A stretch of 64,000 nt of DNA from an uncultured Burkholderiales bacterium (GTDB lineage: Bacteria > Bacteroidota > Bacteroidia > UBA8524), in contig CAZOZL010000007.1 in the NCBI GenBank assembly GCA_964584305.1, forward strand, positions 11,405 through 75,404. The letters are read 5' to 3'. The notes beneath the pieces are model-generated. The model did no database searches. It was not told where the DNA came from and saw only the letters and a program-made list of their open reading frames with translations. This document shows, piece by piece, positions 58,445 to 64,000 of this stretch. A program made the translations under genes and the position numbers. Each line of letters begins with the position of its first letter. Positions within the stretch are counted from its first letter, which is position 1.

Positions 58445-59983
58445 ATGTCGCAGATAAGAAGACGCAAAAAACCCCGAATTATACAACGTACCGCTACGTC
58501 TGATGACTTTAGTGAAATAATAAAATTATCGAAATTATGTTTCCCTGAGCATAAACCGTGGCAACAAGAAATGTTAGAAAGCCAGATTGTTACTTTTCCT
58601 GATGGGATGCAAATAATAGAGTATGATAAGGAGGTGGTGGGAAGTGCTATAAGCCTTATTGTGAATATGGATGACTATACAGACAACCATACTTGGGCAG
58701 AAATTAGTGATAATGGCTATATCACCAATCACGATGCTGAGGGAGATACCCTGTATGGTATAGAAATAATGGTTCATCCTGATTATCAAGGCTTAAAAAT
58801 TGGTCGTCGGTTATACGAGATGCGTATAGAATTATGCGAAGACTTGAATTTGAAAGAAATATTAATTGGGGGTAGAATACCCAGCTATCATAAATACGAA
58901 GATGAGTTTGGCGCACGTGCTTATTTGAAACGTGTACAGAGTAAAAAAATTAAAGACCCTATTGTAAATTTTCAAATATCGCAAGGGTTTCAGATTAGAA
59001 AGGTAATAAAAGACTATTTGCCTGCCGATTGGGAAAGTGGAGGCTACGGCATTTTAATGGAGTGGGTAAATATAGATTATGTGCCTGAAACATCTGCACG
59101 CAGTGTGTTAATGAAAAATATACGCATTTGTTGCATACAATACGAGTTACGAAAAATTGAAAAGTTTGAAGACTTTGCTCGCCAATGCGAATTTTTTACT
59201 GATGTTGCCTCAAACTATAAGTCTGATTTTGCTCTTTTTCCAGAGTTATTCACTACCCAGTTATTATCGTTTATAGATGCGAAGGGAATGAGCATTGATG
59301 AAAGTGTACGGAAGTTAGATAATTTTACCCAAGACTATATAAACCTATTTTCTCGCTTATCGCTGGAGTATAATATAAACATTATTGCAGGGACACACCT
59401 AGTGGTAGAGGGTGATGACTTATACAATGTATCGTATTTATTTAAGCGAGATGGTACTTACGAAAAACAATATAAAATACACATAACTGCCAATGAGGCT
59501 AAATGGTGGGGAGTGAGACCAGGTAATGAAATAAAAGTGTTTAATACCGATTGTGGTAAAATTGGTATTAATATTTGTTACGATGTAGAGTTTCCTGAAG
59601 TAGCTCGCATAATGGCGCAAAAAGGAGCTAAGGTTATTTTTGTACCCTTTTGCACAGATGAGCGGCACGGATATTTAAGGGTTAAATTATGCTCGCAAGC
59701 CAGAGCCATTGAAAACCAAATATATGTGGCTACGGCGGGTACTATTGGCAACATACCATCAGTAGATAATATGGATATTAACTATGCCCAAAGTGGTATA
59801 TACACCCCCAGCGATTTTGCTTTTCCGCCCGAAGCCGTTGCAGGCGAGTGTAGTCCTAACTTAGAAACAGTGGTTATAGCCGATTTGGATTTGGCTGCCA
59901 TAGAACGCACTCGAAAAAGCGGTACAGTAACCAACTGGAAAGATAAACGAGATGATATTTATAAAACCCAAGAGATAGTATAG
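58445..59983 (+). CDS. GNAT acetyltransferase / carbon-nitrogen hydrolase fusion
   Basis: N-terminal VHPDYQGLKIGRRLY. C-terminal E-K-C triad in FPELF, QYKIH and ICYDVEFPE. Confidence 0.92.
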   Translation: MSQIRRRKKPRIIQRTATSDDFSEIIKLSKLCFPEHKPWQQEMLESQIVTFPDGMQIIEYDKEVVGSAISLIVNMDDYTDNHTWAEISDNGYITNHDAEGDTLYGIEIMVHPDYQGLKIGRRLYEMRIELCEDLNLKEILIGGRIPSYHKYEDEFGARAYLKRVQSKKIKDPIVNFQISQGFQIRKVIKDYLPADWESGGYGILMEWVNIDYVPETSARSVLMKNIRICCIQYELRKIEKFEDFARQCEFFTDVASNYKSDFALFPELFTTQLLSFIDAKGMSIDESVRKLDNFTQDYINLFSRLSLEYNINIIAGTHLVVEGDDLYNVSYLFKRDGTYEKQYKIHITANEAKWWGVRPGNEIKVFNTDCGKIGINICYDVEFPEVARIMAQKGAKVIFVPFCTDERHGYLRVKLCSQARAIENQIYVATAGTIGNIPSVDNMDINYAQSGIYTPSDFAFPPEAVAGECSPNLETVVIADLDLAAIERTRKSGTVTNWKDKRDDIYKTQEIV

Positions 59984-60002
59984 GTAAAGGGGGTTAGGGC
60001 TT

Positions 60003-60047
60003 GTTATAACGCACATAACCTCATAATAACGATATGCGCGTTATAAC
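60003..60047. terminator. 15-bp inverted repeat between convergent genes (bidirectional terminator or REP)
   Basis: GTTATAACGCACATA / TATGCGCGTTATAAC, one mismatch. Confidence 0.55.
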
Positions 60048-60080
60048 TCAAAAAAACTTATATCAAACTGACTGTTAAAT

Positions 60081-61181
60081 TTAGTACGTTGATTTAACGC
60101 GAATTATATCGTTTACACGTTTTTCTGCTAATGATGTTGCTGCCGCTTGTGGGTGTGTTTTGTGTTCATCAGCATGGGCGTATATGCTTAAAATAGTATT
60201 GTAAATATTTTCTGTTTGCCCCATTGCTTTATCACGGTTATATCCCGTCCACTCGCTATAAACGTTTATTAAACCACCTGCATTAATAACAAAATCAGGA
60301 GCGTAGGTAATACCTTTATCTACTAATTGCGCTCCGTTGGTTTTCTCATTTGCCAACTGGTTATTGGCAGCACCTGCAACCACGCTACATTTTAGTTGAG
60401 AGATAACATCATCGTTTAATACTGCCCCCATAGCACAGGGAGAAAATATATCTACATCTAACCCAAAAATATCATTACTGGGTACTACAATAGCCCCAAA
60501 TTTTTCGTTGGCTTTCTTTAAAATAGCCTCGTTAAGGTCGGTTATATATAGTTTAGCACCTTCTTTGTGCAAAAAATCTAATAGGTGGTAACCTACCTTG
60601 CCTATTCCTTGTACGGCAACGATTTTGCCTTGCAAACTATCGTTGCCCCAGGCCTTCTTGGCAGATGCTTTTATGCCCATGTAAGTACCGTAGGCAGTTA
60701 CGGGTGATGGGTCTCCACCGCCGCCTAACCATTCAGGCAAGCCTACAACGTTTTTAGTTTCCATTTGCACATACTCCATATCTTTGGTAGTAGTGTTTAC
60801 GTCTTCGGCGGTAATGTATTTACCGTTTAAATTTTCAACAAAACGACCAAATTTGCGAAACAAACCTTCACTTTTCAGGGTTTTTGCATCTCCCATTATC
60901 ACTGCTTTTGCCCCGCCTAAATTAAGCCCGCTTATAGAGGCTTTGTAGGTCATACCACGTGATAAGCGTAAAACATCATTTATGGCATCCTTTTCGTTGT
61001 TATATGCAAAAAATCTCGTGCCGCCTAAGCCTGGTCCAAGTACTGTGTTGTGAACTGCAATAATTGCTTTAAGACCTGTTTCGTTATCTTGGCAAAAAAC
61101 TACTTGCTCGTGATCGTTAGTAGTTAATTCACCAAAGATTCCCGCTTCAGCAGTCGATATATTTTCTTTAGTTTCCAACAT
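60081..61181 (-). CDS. Glu/Leu/Phe/Val dehydrogenase (leucine dehydrogenase-like)
   Basis: GPGLGGTR, LSRGMTYK, ITAEDV, GDPSPVTAYG, GIGKVG and GAANNQL. The start is reassigned to the ATG at 61181; promoter element at 61226-61233 (-). Confidence 0.93.
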   Translation of the reverse strand: MLETKENISTAEAGIFGELTTNDHEQVVFCQDNETGLKAIIAVHNTVLGPGLGGTRFFAYNNEKDAINDVLRLSRGMTYKASISGLNLGGAKAVIMGDAKTLKSEGLFRKFGRFVENLNGKYITAEDVNTTTKDMEYVQMETKNVVGLPEWLGGGGDPSPVTAYGTYMGIKASAKKAWGNDSLQGKIVAVQGIGKVGYHLLDFLHKEGAKLYITDLNEAILKKANEKFGAIVVPSNDIFGLDVDIFSPCAMGAVLNDDVISQLKCSVVAGAANNQLANEKTNGAQLVDKGITYAPDFVINAGGLINVYSEWTGYNRDKAMGQTENIYNTILSIYAHADEHKTHPQAAATSLAEKRVNDIIRVKSTY

Positions 61182-61273
61182 ATTATTATAATTTTGTAGA
61201 GTTAGTGCCTTTATAAAAAGTGCTGCAAAAGTAGTTTTTTTTGGCATAACATATTTTATTTTTAAAAAATCGT

Positions 61274-63058
61274 TTGAAATCCCTTAGTTCTCTCAACAAG
61301 TATTTTTATAAGTATCGCTGGCAATTGCTGTTGGGTACTTTTTTTATAATAGTATCTAATGTTTTTGGCGTTTGGTTAGGTCCACTGGTGCGCTATGCCT
61401 TAAATGCAGGGCAGGAAATGGCGCAGCGACCTAATTTTGAATGGAATGATGATACCATAGCCGAAATTTCTCGTATAAGTCTTAATTTTTTCTTACTAAT
61501 ATTAGGTACAGCATTGATAAAAGCGGTGTTTATGTTTTTTATGCGCCAAAAAATTATAGTAGTATCTCGTAAAATCGAGTTTGATATGAAAAATGAGATT
61601 TATGACCACTATCAAAATCTCTCTCTCTCGTTTTATCGTAAAAACTTTACAGGCGATTTGATGAACCGTATTAGTGAAGATGTGAGCAGGGTGCGTATGT
61701 ATTTAGGCCCTGCGGTAATGTATTGTATCAACACAGTATCACTATTTACTATTGCCATCAGCATTATGCTTTCTATAAATGTAGAACTTACGCTATACTC
61801 GTTAACACCACTGCCTATTTTGGCAATCAGTATATATTTTGTAAATAATATTATTAACAGAAAAAGCGATTCAATACAAAAGCAATTGTCAAAAGTTACG
61901 TCGTTTACACAAGAAGCATTTTCAGGTATAAAAATTATAAAAGCCTTTGCCAAAGAAAGTGCCTCACGTAAAGCCTTCGAGAAAGAATGTGATGACTATA
62001 AAACTAAATCGATGGGTTTGGTAAAGGTAGATGCGCTTTTCTTCCCGCTTATTATGCTTTTGGTAGGGCTAAGTACTTTACTCACTATTTTTATTGGGGG
62101 TAAATTGGTAATAAGGGGCGAGCTTACTTATGGTAATGTAGCCGAGTTTGTAATTTATGTTAATATGCTTACTTGGCCTATTGCGGCATTGGGTTATATA
62201 ACATCATTAGTACAGCGAGCGGCGGCATCGCAAACTCGTATTCAGGAATTTTTGGATACCGAACCTGAGATAGTAAACCAAACCGATAAAAAATTTAGCT
62301 TTAAAAATAAAATAGAGTTTAAAAATGTAAGTTTCAAGTACGAGGGGGCTAATCGCTATGCGATAAAAAACCTTAGTTTCACTATAAACAAAGGCGAAAC
62401 TTTTGGCATAATTGGTTCAACAGGGTCGGGGAAAAGCACCATTGCCTCTTTATTGTTAAGAATGTATGATGTGCAAGAAGGGGAGATATTGATTGATGGT
62501 GAACTCATTAGCCAAATAAATCTTTCAGATTTTAGGGAAAGTATGGGCTATGTCCCACAGGATGTTTTTTTATTTAGCGATAGCATACAAGAAAATATAG
62601 CCTTCGGGTTGCAAGACCGTGAAAACTCATACAATAGTGTGGTAGCGGCTGCTAAAGCAGCTGATATAAATAATAATATTTTGGAGTTTCCTAAACAGTA
62701 CGAAACTATGGTGGGCGAGCGAGGAGTAACCCTATCAGGGGGGCAAAAACAACGGGTAGCCATAGCCAGAGCCATTATAAAAAAACCAGAAATACTATTG
62801 CTTGATGATTGCCTATCGGCAGTGGATACGCAAACGGAAGCTACTATTTTAGCCAACTTTAGGCAGCTATTGAAAAATAAAACTGCCGTAATTATTAGCC
62901 ATAGGATAAGCTCAGTTATTGAAGCTGATAAAATTATTGTGTTGGATGATAGTGCAATAATTGAGGCAGGTACACACAAAGAATTGATGCAAGTGAATGG
63001 AAAATATGCCGAGTTGTATCACAAGCAAATGGACGAAGAAATAGAGGTTGTAAATTGA
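61274..63058 (+). CDS. ABC transporter, fused permease/ATPase (MdlA/MsbA-like exporter)
   Basis: TM domain, GSTGSGKST, LSGGQKQR and LLLDD. Confidence 0.94.
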   Translation: MKSLSSLNKYFYKYRWQLLLGTFFIIVSNVFGVWLGPLVRYALNAGQEMAQRPNFEWNDDTIAEISRISLNFFLLILGTALIKAVFMFFMRQKIIVVSRKIEFDMKNEIYDHYQNLSLSFYRKNFTGDLMNRISEDVSRVRMYLGPAVMYCINTVSLFTIAISIMLSINVELTLYSLTPLPILAISIYFVNNIINRKSDSIQKQLSKVTSFTQEAFSGIKIIKAFAKESASRKAFEKECDDYKTKSMGLVKVDALFFPLIMLLVGLSTLLTIFIGGKLVIRGELTYGNVAEFVIYVNMLTWPIAALGYITSLVQRAAASQTRIQEFLDTEPEIVNQTDKKFSFKNKIEFKNVSFKYEGANRYAIKNLSFTINKGETFGIIGSTGSGKSTIASLLLRMYDVQEGEILIDGELISQINLSDFRESMGYVPQDVFLFSDSIQENIAFGLQDRENSYNSVVAAAKAADINNNILEFPKQYETMVGERGVTLSGGQKQRVAIARAIIKKPEILLLDDCLSAVDTQTEATILANFRQLLKNKTAVIISHRISSVIEADKIIVLDDSAIIEAGTHKELMQVNGKYAELYHKQMDEEIEVVN

Positions 63059-63187
63059 AGATTGCTCACCCAAAAAAATATTTTTAATAAAAAAAATGAG
63101 ATAAAAGTTGCAAATGCGGTAGTCTGCACTATATTTTTACAGAAATTTGCTTAAAAAAAGGTATAACAAACGTAAGAGAGGATTAAA

Positions 63188-63559
63188 ATGGAGGATTTTA
63201 ATAACAACGACAGGGAAGAGATTTTTTCAAAAAGGGTAAGGGCGGGAAAGCGTACTTATTTTTTTGATGTAAAAGCTACTCGGGGAAACGACTATTACAT
63301 TACTATTACTGAAAGTAAGAAACGGCAGGATAATGGGATGTATATAAAACACAAAATCTTTTTATATAAAGAAGATTTTAACAAGTTTATGAATGCGCTG
63401 AACGAAACTGTTGACCATGTGAAAAGCGAGCTAATGCCAGAGTATGATTTTGAGGAGTTTAATCGCCCACAAGAAAACTACTCTAACAATAGTAGTGCTG
63501 ATACTCCTGGCACCCCTGATACCTCTGATGGTGTGGAGGGTACAGATAGCAGTTTTTAA
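63188..63559 (+). CDS. PUR-family nucleic-acid-binding protein (DUF3276)
   Basis: IFSKRVRAGKRTYFFDVK...YITITESKK...KHKIFLYKEDF. Confidence 0.92.
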   Translation: MEDFNNNDREEIFSKRVRAGKRTYFFDVKATRGNDYYITITESKKRQDNGMYIKHKIFLYKEDFNKFMNALNETVDHVKSELMPEYDFEEFNRPQENYSNNSSADTPGTPDTSDGVEGTDSSF

Positions 63560-63666
63560 ATTTTTTAATGAAATAAAGTACTTAACACCTGCATTAAATT
63601 GTGGGTGTATAACTAATATATGCCTTTGGTGATGTAATTTTGCCAAAGGCATATTTTATTTGCGGC

Positions 63667-64000
63667 ATGAAACAAACGTATATGTGGGGAGCCTTAGTAG
63701 GGCTGTTTATTTTCTTAGAAACTATAGCAGGTAGTAAGTTAGCTATCTTCTCAAACCCCGAAGCAAAATTGTATTTAGTAGTTATTAACCTGCTCACTTT
63801 GGGGGTAGGTATTTACTTGGCTTTGCGAGATTATAAGTATAGAAACGAAGGCTATATATCTTTTGGACGATGTATGTTTAATGGTATTTTAATATCAGCA
63901 TTAGCGGGTGTGGTAACTGCTGTAGGGTCGGTGGTGTATTTTAATTATATAGCACCAGAGCAAAAGGAGCAAGCACTTAAAGATACAGAGGTTTTTTTGG
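63667..64000 (+). CDS. DUF4199-family membrane protein (runs off the window edge)
   Basis: Not in the ORF track. MKQTYMWGALVG...GIYLALRDYKYRNEGYISFGRCMFNG...YFNYIAPE. Confidence 0.75.
   Translation, partial: MKQTYMWGALVGLFIFLETIAGSKLAIFSNPEAKLYLVVINLLTLGVGIYLALRDYKYRNEGYISFGRCMFNGILISALAGVVTAVGSVVYFNYIAPEQKEQALKDTEVFL

Overview
AT-rich chromosomal window from a Bacteroidota organism, judged from TAnnTTTG promoters, T9SS C-terminal-domain proteins, the rpmB-rpmG-DUF4295-ftsY and alaS/M23/MerR gene orders, and GldL/GldM homologues. Most of it is housekeeping: thyA, ftsY, rimO, bshC, mutS, fhs, alaS, ddl, dapD, tRNA-Gly and tRNA-Leu. The best candidate for an undescribed system is an orphan, divergent gldL-gldM motor pair at 22.5-26.8 kb. 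It has its own promoter, no gldK or gldN next to it, and is translationally coupled to a beta-helix/Ig/DUF6089(PorG-like)-barrel fusion, followed by a barrel-TSP3-OmpA protein. Other points of interest are: (1) an outer-membrane operon at the left edge and an eroded low-GC island at 17.8-19.4 kb that share a TTCGTCGAAAA upstream motif; (2) a vanadium-haloperoxidase plus ASPIC/FG-GAP lipoprotein pair; (3) a double-length Ddl whose halves differ at the specificity loop; (4) several families of REP-like palindromes, including a 3 x ~235 bp composite array and an in-frame insertion in alaS. No CRISPR, transposase, integrase or prophage gene was seen. All family calls come from motif recognition by eye, not from database searches.
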